NCBI RefSeq assembly: GCF_018350175.1
Contig: NC_058368.1
Location: 140,370,001 to 140,434,000, forward strand
Source: Felis catus
Taxonomy: Eukaryota
DNA length: 64,000 nt
Direction of reading: 5' to 3'
Shown: positions 51,328 to 64,000 of the stretch, piece after piece
How the letters are laid out: every line of letters begins with the position of its first letter
Position numbering within the stretch: the first letter of the stretch is position 1
Notes under the pieces: model-generated
What the model was told of the DNA's origin: nothing
The model's database searches: none
What the model saw: only the letters and a program-made list of their open reading frames with translations
Program-made: the position numbers and the translations under genes

Positions 51328-52603
51328 AAGAAAATGAAAAAAAAAGCAGATGCATGGTATTGTGTAAACTGGATTTTGTTTCCTCCCCACCCTTAAGAAA
51401 AGCATACAAGAATACCTGAGCTTTTTTATAGAGCACGTCCAGACTTCATCAAAGGATTTTATATATGTGTAGAGACCTCCCATCTGACTGTGAGGCACTA
51501 AAATGAAAGAACAGTTTTTCCATAATACAGAGGTATGCTCCAGTGAATCCAAATAGGATAATTTGTAAAATGCACTTGTATTATGTATACTGGCCATGCC
51601 TTAAAATCCGGGGTTGATGAGAAATCAGGCAGAAGTTTGTGATGAGGTGACTGATAGGTGAGCCAGACTTGTTCACTTGACTGTTAATAGTTTATTTCTC
51701 CCTTGAAAGGCCGAAGAATGGCGTCTGTGAAATGGCAAAAGGTTTGGGGTGGAGTAGATGTGGGTTTGGATCCTTATTTGGGCACTAAGTGCTTGAGTAG
51801 CCTTAGGGTTTTTCTCCTGTACCTCGGAGGGTGGTGGTTTATATTCCTGTAATGGTGGCTGATGTGGTTTCTGGCACACAGCACGAAACGTGTGGTGGTA
51901 ATTTCCATTAACAGGGCACCTACTAAGTACAGCAGGTTCAGATGAAAGGAAAATGACGAAGATGGGCACAGCCTGTGAGAACCTGGAAGATAAAGACTGA
52001 TGCTTATACTTCTGTTTGTGCACTTACTAGTTCTGTGGAAGGGAAGACGTCAGGGTGGATTAGGAGGGGGCAACAGGCAAGCTTCACGAATTGTGAATTT
52101 GAACAAGACCTTGAAGGTGGGAGGTAAAGGTGAAAGGCATCCCCCTGTATTTGTTGTGTGGGTAGTTTGTCTGGGGTTGAAGCTTAGGTTGTAGGATAGA
52201 TGTTGGGGCAGGGTGGTGTAGCTGGAAGGGGATTTCTCAAGGAATTGTGGGAAGGCTGGTGCTGGAAACTGCGGGGGTCCGGTGAAGTTTGTGCACGTGG
52301 GCATTTGGGTCCCCTGTGCTGCTCGCAGATGCCCACACCATGCTTCTAGGTTTGGGGATGCCTACGGATGGGCTCATTTATCAGATGCTTTGGCTCAGGA
52401 TAGGACCGAAGATGCTGCGTGAGGATGATGCGTATGGTACTGAAGGCGTTCAATGAATTCAGAGGCAGGTAGACGCGGACCTTATGGGGCCCTGACTGAC
52501 TGCGGCCCGGGAAGTGCACAGCTAACTCTAAACCATGGCAGAAGGTAAATTCTCTGAGATGAGGTGAGAAGAGTATCTTGACAACAGCAGGGTTTCTGTC
52601 ACT

Positions 52604-52816
52604 TATTTTTTTTTAACGTTTGTTTATTTTTGAGAGAGAACGTGTGCACATGGCAGAGCAGAGGAGGGGCAGAGAGCAGAGAGAGGCAGCAAAAGAATCC
52701 CAAGCAGGCCCTTTGCTGACAGCAGAGAGCACAATGCAGGGCTTGAACTCAGGAGCCCTGAGATCATGACCTGAGCTGGAGCCAGACGCTCAACTGGCTG
52801 AGCCCCCAGGTGCCCC
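52604..52816 (-). mobile_element. Can-SINE (diverged)
   Basis: Reverse SINE. Confidence 0.88.
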
Positions 52817-52942
52817 TTTCACTTTTTTTTTTTTCTTCATTTCCTCCATTACTTGGGACAGTTGTTACATTTCAAATTTCACTAGAGATATAGTGCCTTC
52901 AAATGACCAGCATCCCAGTTGGGTTGAAAAATGGCTAATGGA

Positions 52943-53411
52943 GCTCTCTCAGCAATAGCCAAATTGTGGAAAAAGCCTAAATGTCCATCAACTGATGAAT
53001 GGATAAAGAAATTGTGGTTTATATACACAATGGAGTACTACGTGGCAATGAGAAAGAATGAAATATGGCCCTTTGTAGCAACGTGGATGGAACTGGAGAG
53101 TGTGATGCTAAGTGAAATAAGCCGTACAGACAAAGACAGATACCATATGGTTTCACTCTTATGTGGATCCTGAGAAACTTAACAGAAACCCATGGGGGAG
53201 GGAAAGGGGAAAAAAAAAAAAGAGGTTAGAGTGGGAGAGAGCCAAAGCATAAGAGACTCTTAAAAACTGAGAACAAACTGAGGGTTGATGGGGGGGTGGG
53301 AGGGAGGTGATGGTGGGTGATGGGCATCGAGGAGGGCACCTTTTGGGATGAGCACTGGGTGTTGTATGGAAACCAATTTGGCAATAAATTTCATATAAAA
53401 ACCCAAAAAAA
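52943..53411 (+). mobile_element. 5'-truncated young felid-type L1 (ORF2 C-terminus, 3'UTR, poly(A))
   Basis: Uninterrupted ORF2 end AIAKLWKKPKCPSTDEWIKKLWFIYTMEYY...HMVSLLCGS*, G-rich 3'UTR, AATAAA at 53383-53388. Perfect 17-bp TSD gaaaaatggctaatgga at 52926-52942 and 53412-53428. Confidence 0.93.
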
Positions 53412-54241
53412 GAAAAATGGCTAATGGAAAATGGCTGACCCCACATTTCCAGTTGGCTTGTAGGTTCAGAGATGTAACTAAATTCCAAGTGGACTCTCTT
53501 TAATGTTACAGTCCTGGATTGGGTCGTGTGTGCCCATGTGTTTGAAAGGAGCTGACCGCTGTTCCTCCTGTCAGTGCAGTGGTTTGCAGGGAGCAGTTTC
53601 TGGAGAAGCAACAGGAGTAGAGCATCACTGGGGGCCGGCCGAGCACCCTTGCCGCAGAGCCTTCTAGGTGATTCTGTTGCACTGCTCAAGGGCCAAGGTG
53701 AAAGAAACGACGTTCCTAATATGCAATTACCCCCCTCACCGTGCCTGCAGGTTTTTGTGAAATAAGTGTAAACACATGGGTACAATACTGAAGGTTTTAC
53801 TTGTTCCTCCTGTGTTTGATTTGAGCACACACCTGCACCACACGCAAATCCAGGCATTGGTTTCTCTCTAAGTTTGTGTTTATATTATAGCATTTATTTG
53901 GGTCTGTCTTTAAGGTTTATTTCCTCTCTTCTAGGAAACAAATGTGATGGGGAAGATCAAGTCCAAAATCTCCACTGAGGAGAGAGTGAGGTCCACTTCA
54001 CAAGGATTTCTAGGTGGAGGCAGTGCTTTTAGGAGCCAATGGGGAGGCTGAGGGAGCTGGCAAATCTTTCTATGTAAAAGGGAGGCCCCAAGCTGGCAAT
54101 TCCGGGCTCTGATACTTGGGGGGCTCCTGGACAGTAAGGTTTGAAAGATGTCCTCTTCCTCTTTCTCTTCAGAACAACTTGAAGTATTTTTTATTCACTT
54201 ATTCACAGTTTTTTTAATTTTTCAATCTTTATTTCTTAAAA

Positions 54242-54448
54242 ATTTTTTTTAATGTTTATTCACTTCTTTATAGAGAAAGAGTGTGAGAGGGGGAGGGTCA
54301 GAGAGAGAGGGAGATACAGAATCCGAAGCAGGCTCCAGGCTCCGAGGTGTCAGCACAGAGCCCGACGTGGGGCTCATACCCACAGACCGCGAGATCATGA
54401 CCTGAGCGGAAGTCAGACGCTTAACTGACTGAGCCACCCAGGAACCCC
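54242..54448 (-). mobile_element. Can-SINE
   Basis: Reverse SINE. Confidence 0.9.
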
Positions 54449-55331
54449 TACAGTTTTTAGAACAGTTTTTAGAACAGTTGAACATGCTGGCCGAAATATC
54501 ATTTGCTAGGCAGAAGTGGTCCCAGGGAAACTACAGATCTGTTTATTTTGCTATTGATTACCGACAAGAGTATATATTCCTATGATTGCATTTTTTGCTT
54601 GGGATCCCCACAGATGACTTCTAGTTATTCTCCTTTTGCTATCCATTGCTATCAGACCTTTGAAGGAAGACCTTTTTATATCATTAAAAAAAAATTAAGG
54701 TCGATTAGTTCCTGGTAACTTTCTCCATGCTCATATTTTTATTTGCAGATGTGATTTCAATCTTAACGTCAACCCATTTCCTTAGTCCATCTTAAAGGAC
54801 TTGATTTGCAAGAGATGGAAGCAACATATATTTCAAATACTTAAGTAATGTTTATTTTGATTACCTAGCTGGGAGCCTGGTGCCGTGGCACTGAGAAAAC
54901 GTTCAATAAATATTTGCTGCTATTACAGGTTTTGCTTCAAGTGTCTGTACTGTACTGTTTCTCTAAAGGAGGAACTTGTTTTTCTTATCTGTTAAAGATC
55001 ATTTGAGCAGCTTTCAAGTGGCAGGCAAATGTTTAATGTTTAGATTTGTTTTTATACTCTGGAACCTCGGCGAGTTATTTTAATTTCTGTATGCCTTAAT
55101 TTCCACAGTTGTAACATGCAGGTGGGACAGTCCCTGCTCAGAGGGTTAAGTGATTTAATACACAGGAACGTACCTGGTCAGAATGTGCCCCTGTAGAGGC
55201 AGCCCTTGACTGTTGGGCAGGGGGTGAGGCTGATGGTGGTTCCCCCTCGTCGCTACTGCCCCTTGCGTTTCTCCTCACCTCTTTGCCCTTTTCTCCCCTT
55301 AACAGAAAGTGGGCTTCACCTCCTGGGCCCA

Positions 55332-55429
55332 GGGCCGCCTGGCTGGCTCAGTGGATAGAGCCATGCAACTCTTGATCTTAATGTCGTTAGTTCGAACCCC
55401 ATGTTGGGGTAGAGTTAACTTGAAAAAAA
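55332..55429 (+). mobile_element. Short tRNA-derived Can-SINE (old type)
   Basis: A/B-box head (gttcgaaccc). TSD tcctgggccca / tcatgggccca. Confidence 0.8.
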
Positions 55430-55463
55430 TCATGGGCCCATACTCTTGAAAGTTTATACTCAC

Positions 55464-55682
55464 GGGGCGCGTGGGTGATGCAGTCGGTTAAGCGTCCGAC
55501 TTCAGCCAGGTCACGATCTCGCGGTCCGTGAGTTCGAGCCCCGCGTCAGGCTCTGGGCTGATGGCTCAGAGCCTGGAGCCTGTTTCCGATTCTGTGTCTC
55601 CCTCTCTCTCTGCCCCTCCCCCGTTCATGCTCTGTCTCTCTCTGTCCCAAAAATAAATAAACGTTGAAAAAAAAAATTTTAA
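55464..55682 (+). mobile_element. Young Can-SINE
   Basis: TSD gaaagtttatactcac / gaaagttgatactcac. Confidence 0.95.
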
Positions 55683-57519
55683 GAAAGTTGATACTCACAA
55701 GAACATGCTTTAGTTATCTGTATGGAAATTGAATGAATCTTACTTCGGGTGGAGATCAAATTATCCTTGTTTGTGTATGTGTAAGAAATCCTAATGCACG
55801 TTGTTCCTGTTTCTAAATCAAGTTGGATGGGGATTGGCTTCCTGCACTGTACTTTTCTGTCATCTTAAAAAAAGATTGTGGAGTTGTCACACACTTGAGT
55901 GAGGAACTCTGCAGTTACTAAGCATCCTGTTGTCTCTTTTCGGGTCCAGTTGATTGTTGCTACTGCTGCTGGTTTGAAAGCCCAAGTGTTCATGATGGAA
56001 ACATACCCTGATGGGAAGGAGTCACTTGAAATAAGTGTTAGCCTTTTGCCTGGATCACATTGTAGAGTTTGACATGGCTAGCAGGGTCCGCCTAGTGCTG
56101 TGGGGTTTCAGAAGGGAGGTGAGGAGGTGGACTTGTCTGACATCCCTCAGGCCTTCCTGCCTCTAGAAAGTTAGTGAAGCTTAAATTCATGGGTCCAGCG
56201 AAGCTCAACCACTAGGTATAACCTGGGATGTGTGTTGGAGCTGTGAGAAATCAACAATCTAGGCTGTTTCCCACTTTGGCACTTGCAGATTATTCTTCAT
56301 TCTGCTCCCCTCTTCTACCAGGCTTTTGATTCTAGCATGTTTCATATAAATGTTTTCTATCCCCCCTCTACTCCTCACTGTCCCACAAAGAGACCGTTGA
56401 GACCAGCTGGAATTAATTGACTCCTCCTTGGCCATTGGGTACGTCTGCGCTGGGCTGACTGAGTAGGCTTCCCACAGGTGAGGTAAGGGGGCTGGGAGGT
56501 GTTGGTCATCAAGCCAGCCATACAGGGTAGGAGTTCTCCTTTCAGCCCCTGCCCCGCCAATCTGTGCTACCCCATAGAAGATCCAGGAAGGTGGCTTCCC
56601 AGAGCTTTGCTCCTACTGAACTCTTACAAGTTTGTCTGAGAAATGGTCGTTTCAGAGCTAATACAAACATGCTTTAGCTTTTATTAGATTTATTTTCAGA
56701 GATTTATTTTCCAAAGGGAAAAAAATTAAACATAAATGAAAAGATAGTTACCTGTCCACTGGAACCAGGTTGACAAAGTCCTTTCATTTGGCACGAATTG
56801 TGGATACAGCTTTAGATTTCTTCCTCTGTTCCCCAAAAAGGTATTTGCTGCTGTTCTTTTGAATTAGTCAGTAGTTTGGAGGATGGTGCTTATATGTTCC
56901 TCTTCAATGTAGGCTCTGGCAAGGGCCTTTCATAACAAGCGAATGAGTTTAAAAAAATACTATACTATATTGACTACTCTGAAGACAAACATGGACAAAA
57001 TAAAAGAAACACCTTAATGGTAGGGACTGGTTTTTTTTTTTTGGTTACTGCCGTATCCCCAGTATTGGGCACATAAGTAAATCATCATGTCAACAGTGGT
57101 TCCATCTAGGTAATGAGGTAATGGGTGAATTAAAAAAAATGTTTTTCCTCTTCAAATTTTCTATGAAAATGCTTTTATAGTTGAACAGTTCCAATAGGTG
57201 CCCTTACCCGATGAAGATGCAAAGTTTTTGTTGGATATAAACCCTGCCTTGAGAAAGTTACAAGTCTGAAAAGCAGGTCTGTTGGCATGGAAGCATTCGA
57301 TGGAGAGCGAATTTTCCAGGTGTGTGTGTGTAAGGGCGAGTCGGATGGAGAGACCGACGGAAAGGCTGAAGTGATGACAGGGCCAGGATGCATAGTTGTT
57401 AGGCTGCTGTAGTTGGGATAGAGATCGTTGAGAGGCTGGATGAGAAACATAAAGATCAGCAAGGTGAACTTGGCAATGGCGACAGGGAAAGAATCCCAGG
57501 CGGGCAGTAACTATTTAAG

Positions 57520-57633
57520 GTTTTTTGTTTGTTGGTTTGTTTTAGTCATTTCTGCACCCAAAGTGAGGTGCGAACTCAGGACTTTGAGATTGTTAAGAGT
57601 CCCATGCTCTTCCCACTGAGCCAGCCAGGTGCC
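57520..57633 (-). mobile_element. Short Can-SINE (old type)
   Basis: ...cactgagccagccaggtgcc with a T-rich tail. Confidence 0.75.
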
Positions 57634-58681
57634 TTAGGTTTTTAACATATGGGAACTGACTGGTAAAAAGCAGTAATGACTCAAGAAGTCGTGTCTGCAG
57701 TGACGGTAAAGATGGCTGCCATTAACAACAGAGGGATTATTCTTCTGACTGACCAAGAGAACTCTACACAGCCTAAAAAGAGGAGACCACTAACTATTGT
57801 TCTTTGATTCGACTACAAGTGCTGGATGCTGTGTAATTCACACGGAGTCTGCAGACCACTGCCTTCAGGGGTCAAGTGTGATCAGAGCCTTAGGTAAAAA
57901 AAAGCAGCTTTGGAATGTCCTTCACTTGGAGTTTGCATTCGCTATGTTAGTCACTCCAATTGGGAGGAAAATATTTGCGAACAGTACACAGATCCCAGTA
58001 CATAGGAGTCTAGAAGCTTATTGGCCCCTTGGAAGTCGCCACTGTCCCCTGAATTATGTTAAAAACCTGCGGTGGCTGTGGTGGAAATACTCTAAGCCTG
58101 AAACCATGAGAGGCGTCAAGCGCTGTGAAGATGAGGGTAGCGTAGACCATCTGAGAGCTTGGGGCTTAAGGTGTTACTTGTTGTGTGATGTGGAGTAGGA
58201 CTTCCCTGAGCTCCTGTCTCTATCTGAAAAATGAGTTGATGTTTACCCCAAAAGGGATGTGAGGTATGGGACATTGCTTTTGAAAATGACTCAAGTGTGT
58301 GTATGTGTGATCGTGTCAGGGACTAATTTTGCCACTTGAGGAACTTTTTACTGTAGTCTTAGGCATGTTAGTGTCATCCTTTCATCCTCTATCTGCCTCC
58401 AAGCCAGTGCCACTTGAGTTTTGTGACACAGGCTGTCTTTGGGCCCATATTCGCAATGACATTTTTTTTTCTTCTTTGTCTAGTTTGAAAGGCAACGTTT
58501 TGAATTTGGGTATCAATACCTGTGACATGTGAACTTTCTAAATACTAATACATAATCTTTGGCCAGATCCTTCCTTGTCTGTCTGAACATTTCTTTTCCT
58601 AGAAAGTGTAAATAATGCAGACCCAAGAGAGGAGTAGTAAGATCTTTAAACTTGAAAAGACTTTTCAAGAGTAATGTCTTG

Positions 58682-58942
58682 CAAATATCCTATCACTTCA
58701 CTCATATGAGGACTTTAAGACACAGAACAGATGAACACAAGGGAAGGGAAGCAAAAATAATATACAAACAGGGAGGGGGACAAAACGTAAGAGACTCTTA
58801 AATATGGAGAACAGAGGGTTGCTGGAGGGGTTGTGGGGGGGGGTTGGGCTAAATGGGTAAGGGGCATTAAGGAATCTACTCCTGAAATCAATGTTGTACT
58901 ATGTGTTAACTAACGTGGATGTAAATTAAATAAAATAAAAAT

Positions 58943-58978
<36 letters not shown>
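58682..58978 (+). mobile_element. Carnivore L1 3'UTR fragment ending in (AC)n
   Basis: 'acagatgaacacaagggaagggaagcaaaaataa...aagagactcttaaa...gagggttgctggaggg' is L1 3'UTR sequence. Confidence 0.8.
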
Positions 58979-58981
<3 letters not shown>

Positions 58982-59934
58982 TGTTTTGGAGCCCTGTGCC
59001 GTGGGGCAATGTTTCATAAAGGGAAACTACCTTAAGAGTTAGGGGAAATCTGTGTGTTCAGCAACGGGGGGATGAAGCTAGGGAAGGCAGTTCTGTCTCC
59101 CAATTCTGAGGAGAGAACTTCTTTCTTTGCCAAATTGACATGTTGTGATTTATTGTTAAGTAAAGGAGGGGTGGAAGGGGGGCAGCTGGGGTCATTTAGG
59201 GCTTGAGAAGATTTCTCAGGGCTGCTGGGTGTCAACAGTGGGCCAGCTTGCTAGGTTAATAGCACAGCTTTGACTCCTACGATGCTATCGTAATAGCACA
59301 TCTTGTTTTAGAGCTGCGGAATTCATAGTTGGCAACCTAGTAGAATCTCCACGGAGCTTTACAAAGAAAATGTTGATTCCCTGGATCCCATCCCCCAGAT
59401 ACTCTGTTTGGGTGTAGAACTCTGGTACAGGTATTCTTATTTTTTCTATTTTTTAAATAAAAAATTTTGAACCCCCCAAAAGCCTCAAAGAGAACAGGAC
59501 AGTGAATACCCGTTGCGTGCCACCAAGGACATTGTCCTCCACATCCCGGGTACCAACCGTACCATGCGTTCAAGTCCACCATCCAATTAGAAATTCAACC
59601 CAAAGTAATTTTCCCCGAGCGTACTTTATAACCGTTTGGGTCCACGGTCCAGTCAGGTTTTTCACATTACGCCCACCCCCAACCTTGGTCTTCCCCAGGC
59701 TGAACCACCTCCCTATCAGTTCAGGGACACTGAAGCCCCCGAGGGGGCCAGGCCCCTTTCCTGGCATGAATGACTTATGGGTGATGTGGTTTCCTCCCAG
59801 CACATCACATCAGGAGGCCACCATGTCCAGCCTCCTACTACTGGTGATGAATAGATGAATTTTAAAACTCCATAGGAGATTTCATTGGGCAGCCAAGGTT
59901 TGAAATCCACCTAATTAAAACTTCTCACTCTGTG

Positions 59935-61045
59935 TGTTTGTCATAAAATACACAATATTTACCATTTTAGCCATTAAAAACATTTTTTTAACGTTTATTT
60001 TTGAGAGAGAGAGAGAGCACAAGCTGGGGAGGGGCAGAGAGAGAGGGAGATACAGAGTCCAAAGCAGGCTCCAAGCTGCAAGCTGTCAGCACAGAGCCGG
60101 GCACGTGGCTCGAACTCATGAACCGCAAGATCATGACCTGAGCCGAAGTCAGACGCTCAACCAACTGAGCCACCCAGGCGCCCCCATTTTAGTCATTGTT
60201 AAGTATAGTTCTGTGGCATCAGGTACATTCACAGTGTTCTGCAGTCATAACCACAATTCTTCTCCAGAGCTTTTTCCTCTTAACTGAAACTTTGTACTCG
60301 CTGAACAATAACTTCCCATGCTCCCTTCTTAGCAGCCCTTGGCACCTACCCTTCTACTTTATCTAGGATTTTGACTACTCTAGATATTTCTTACACGTGG
60401 AATCATGTGATACATGTCCTTTTGTGTCTGGCTTCCTTCACTTACTCTCATGTCCTCAAGGTTCATCCAAGTTGTAGAACTTCCTTTTTAACACTGAATG
60501 ATATTCCATGGTGTGTGTGTGTATACATGTATGTACATATGCATATATACGTGTCTATATATGTGTGTATGTGTATGTGTGTGTATGTGTATATGTGTAT
60601 ATGTATGTGTATATACACACGCCATATCTGTTTATCCACTCATCCATCAGTGGACCCTTGGGTTGTCTCTGCCTTTTGGCTATCGTGAATAACACGGCTG
60701 TGAACGTAGGTGTGTATGGTATGTGTTTGCATCTCTGCTTTCACTTGTTTTGAATCTATATACTCAGAAGCAGGATTGCTGGATCATATGGTAATGCTAT
60801 GTTTAAAAAAAAAATTTAATGTTTATTTTTGAGACAGACAACGTTAGCCGGGGAGGGACAGAGAGAGAGAGGGAGACACAGAATCTGAAGCAGACCCCAG
60901 GCCCTGAGCTGTCAGCACAGAGCCTGACGTGGGACTCAGACCCACAAACTGTGAGATCATGACTTGAAGCAAAGTCAACGCTTACCGGACTGAGCCACCC
61001 ACGTACCCCAATGCTATGTTTAATTTTTGGAGGAACTACCGCCCA
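59935..61045 (-). mobile_element. L1MB/MA-type 3' end carrying two Can-SINE insertions (59982-60184 and 60807-61009, both minus)
   Basis: Reverse L1 3'UTR/ORF2 motifs. SINE TSDs ccattttagYcatt and aatgctatgtttaa. Confidence 0.85.
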
Positions 61046-61312
61046 CCTCTCAGTTTTCAGTAAAGTGAATTGAAGAAGCCTGTGAAGGGTGCAATATCTT
61101 TGAGTTCAAGGAAGAACTCCATTAGAATGCCGGCCTCTAGGCTCCTGTTCACGTTGCCTCCCCACGGGTGTGTGGGGACCTATGTTGTCTTCATAGAGCA
61201 TAAAAGACCAAGAGTGTAAAATCTAACTGTGGTAAGGTTTACTTTTTTACAGGCCATGTGGCATGCAGGATAAGAGAGTGTATTGTTTCATTCACGGTAT
61301 ACATCACTTTTT

Positions 61313-61525
61313 TTTTTTTTTAACATTTTTATTTATTTTTGGGACAGAGAGAAACAGAGCATGAACGGGGGAGGGGCAGAGAGAGAGGGAGACACAGAAT
61401 CGGAAACAGGCTCCAGGCTCTGAGCCATCAGCCCAGAGCCCGACGCGGGGCTCGAACTCACAGACCGCGAGATCGTGACCTGGCTGAAGTCGGACGCTTA
61501 ACCGACTGCGCCACCCAGGCGCCCC
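61313..61525 (-). mobile_element. Young Can-SINE
   Basis: TSD tacatcacttttt. Confidence 0.95.
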
Positions 61526-61689
61526 TACATCACTTTTTAAGTCAGGAGTTGAGTTTGGGGCTGGTAATTTAAATAGTACATGGACAGCAAGTTGCCCTTG
61601 GTTTCTATAAAAAGTGTAAAAGCAGGTAACAGGTTGCCTCTTGGGGGCTTCTCGGTTTTTTAAAACCGAGTATTTTCGTTACCTTAGCT

Positions 61690-61850
61690 CCTCCAAGTAC
61701 TAAATGTGTGACCTTGGGCAAAGTCTTCGCTTCCCTGGTTCAGGTTATACATCTGTAAAATGGGGATAATTAGAGTACAATGAATTACCTGTGTGAAGTA
61801 CTCGGTGGCTGGTACAGAGAAAGCACTCATTCAGTAAAAGCTATGAATAT
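61690..61850 (+). mobile_element. MIR SINE
   Basis: 'tgtgtgaccttgggcaa...catctgtaaaatggggataat'. Confidence 0.7.
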
Positions 61851-62017
61851 AATATCGCCCATCAGTTTCAAAGATGTTATTTAGATCTGATTATCTTTGG
61901 AAGTATTATTTGGAAAGCAGACATTTGTAAAACGAGCTATTACTATTTTACTGGACCTGACGTCTCTATTTGGCAGTCTGTGACTGGTAGCCTCAGGCTC
62001 CTAGAGTGGTGATTCTT

Positions 62018-62242
62018 TTTTTTTTTTTTTTTTAATTTTTTTTTTTTCAACTTTTATTTTTGGGACAGAGAGAGAGCATGAACGGGGGAGGGGCAGAGAG
62101 AGAGGGAGACACATAATCGGAAGCAGGCTCCAGGCTCTGAGCCATCAGCCCAGAGCCCGATGCGGGGCTCGAACTCACGGACCGCGAGATCGTGACCTGG
62201 CTGAAGTCGGACGCTTAACCGACTGCGCCACCCAGGCGCCCC
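62018..62242 (-). mobile_element. Young Can-SINE
   Basis: TSD tggtgattctt. Confidence 0.95.
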
Positions 62243-63139
62243 TGGTGATTCTTAATCTAAGCAAAAAGTGGCAGGAACGTGTGAGAACCTGGGCTGTAGA
62301 ACCGTGGGCTGAAGGTAAGAGGAAACCATGTCACACGGGTGAGTGTTCATATTTTTATACACAGCTCCAGCCGTGGAGGCTGAGATTAAGAAAGCATGTT
62401 CGGAAGATTTGGCTTCATTGTACTCTGCGTAAGGTGGATTCGGGATTGGCAGCCTGCTCTTTTTGAATGTTGGTTGTTATTCTATTTCCTGGTTGAAAAT
62501 GAGCTGAGAATTTTTAGATCAACAGTCTAACTGCATATAACCACGTCTGTGTGTTAATGATTAGTTTGGAGCTTGTGCTAAATATAACGTGTGAAGTCCC
62601 AGGGATTATTTAACAAGAGAAAATGTTGGTTCTGCAGAGCCTAGTAAGTGTTGAAAATGGGCAGTGTACTTTAGTGGGAAACCTTGATGGAACCCTTCTC
62701 TTGGGCCTGTCTTTGGTTGCCTTGTACAGCCTGGGGAGAGACATCCCATAATGCTTCATGTCTTCTAGGAAGGGACAGGACCCCGAGAGGTGGATTTTGT
62801 GTACACAATTCTGAAAGGAGGGATTGGTTTCTGCCTTTTTCTGTGAGTTTAGCCTCTAATGATACTGATAATAACAAGCAGACCTAGTGCTTACATGGGC
62901 CAGATGCTGTTGTAAGCCCTTTTTATGAATCATCTGATTTGATCCTTATAATGACCCTCTGCTGTTGGTAATGTTATCCCTGTAAGTAGGGAAAATAAGA
63001 GGGATTAAATGGCAGAGTCAAGATTTGAATCCAGGTGGTGGCACTCCAGATTTTGTGCCCACCATAGCTATCGGATACAAGTTAAAAAGTTCGTTTGGGC
63101 ACTTGGTACTCTGTCTTCTTCTGGTATTGTATTTAACCA

Positions 63140-63590
63140 TTGTATTCATTTCCTATTTTATAACAAATGAACACAAACTGCGGGCTTACATGCAGTTTTA
63201 GAGAAAAGAGAAATTTATTTTCTCACAGTTTTGGAGGCTAGAAACCCAATCAACCTGTTGACTGGGCCATGATCCCTCTGAAGTCTCTGCTAGAGGATTC
63301 CCTTCTTTCCTCTTCGCTTCCTGCTTCTCCTTGTTGTTGGCAATCCTCAAATTCCTTGGTTTTAAATGAATCCCTCCAATCTCTTCTTCCATGATGATGT
63401 AGCATTTTCCTGGGTGTCTGTTTGCTCTTCTTATAAAACACTACTCGTTGGGTTAAGGCCAATGCTAATCTGGTGTGACCTCATCTTAATTCATTGCATC
63501 TGCAAAGACCCCATTTCAAAATAAATTCACATTCCAAAGTTCTGAGCATGCATGAATTTGGGGGGGGGGTACTATTCAATTCAGTAAAAC
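63140..63590 (-). mobile_element. MLT1-type MaLR LTR
   Basis: 'gaaatttattttctcacagttttggaggctagaa...cctcatcttaattcattgcatctgcaaagacccc'. Confidence 0.8.
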
Positions 63591-64000
63591 CATTAATTTT
63601 AGAAAAAGGGAAAATTGTGGACATCGTAAATTTTTAGCACAATGACTTCGGCTGCTCATAAACAGTTGGTAAGTACAGCCACGGAGAGGAGGTGAGTTAG
63701 GGGACTGGCTGGTACCTGCTCTTAGGTCAAGTACTTGCTCCTCAACAAGCAGATGAAAGAAGGGGGTTGCAAGCAGAGTGCAGAAGGAGCAGGTAGCAGA
63801 GAAAGGGTTTGGCCGCATCAGAATGCAGATGATGTCTGGTGGGCACTGACCTAGTGAGAAAGCAGTAAGAGCAACACTGTTGAAGAGCAAGCCCCTCGAG
63901 CTGATCATTTAAACCTTCTCTCAGTGACTTAAAGTGCATTTAGCTCATTCTGAATAAGAGAACCTGGGTAGTGTGTGGCCCTTTTTAGAGCAGTGTGTAT

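Larger units (their letters stand above)
45891..64000 (+). other. IQGAP2: IQGAP2 intron 1 (partial; exon 2 not found in the window)
   Basis: Starts at the GTAAGT donor. I did not find the expected next peptide (IVDDERLSAEEMDERR...) downstream. Confidence 0.85.

Noticed and set aside
52297..52336. Hairpin gtgggcatttg...cagatgcccac
   Set aside because: Only an ~11-bp stem, too short for a pre-miRNA and expected by chance.
57677..58293. Two AP-1 sites (TGACTCA) in the same aatgactcaag context
   Set aside because: 7-mers occur several times by chance in 64 kb, and there is no independent enhancer evidence.
8466..62242. tRNA-like A/B-box sequences and recurring peptides such as AQSLEPASDSVSPSLS
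   Set aside because: These are Can-SINE heads and bodies, not tRNA genes or a protein family.

Overview
Mammalian genomic DNA, most likely a cat-family (Felidae) genome, judged from the dense Can-SINE (SINEC_Fc-type) and carnivore L1 repeats. It covers the SV2C-IQGAP2 junction, both genes on the + strand. The window holds the last coding exon of SV2C (873-1056) and a probable ~7.3 kb 3'UTR, then ~37 kb of repeat-rich intergenic DNA, the IQGAP2 CpG-island promoter and first coding exon (45845-45890), and ~18 kb of IQGAP2 intron 1. Nearly all other ORFs in the track are spurious or repeat-derived. The most unusual structure is a ~1.2 kb minus-strand element (20911-22096) built like a reverse-transcribed ERV mRNA: R-U5, tRNA-Ile-like PBS, short internal region, U3-R, poly(A), and a 14-bp TSD. 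This suggests an L1-retroposed copy of a non-autonomous endogenous retrovirus. I see no convincing evidence of a wholly new biological system beyond that. Repeat family names come from recalled consensus features, not from a database search, and old-repeat boundaries are approximate.
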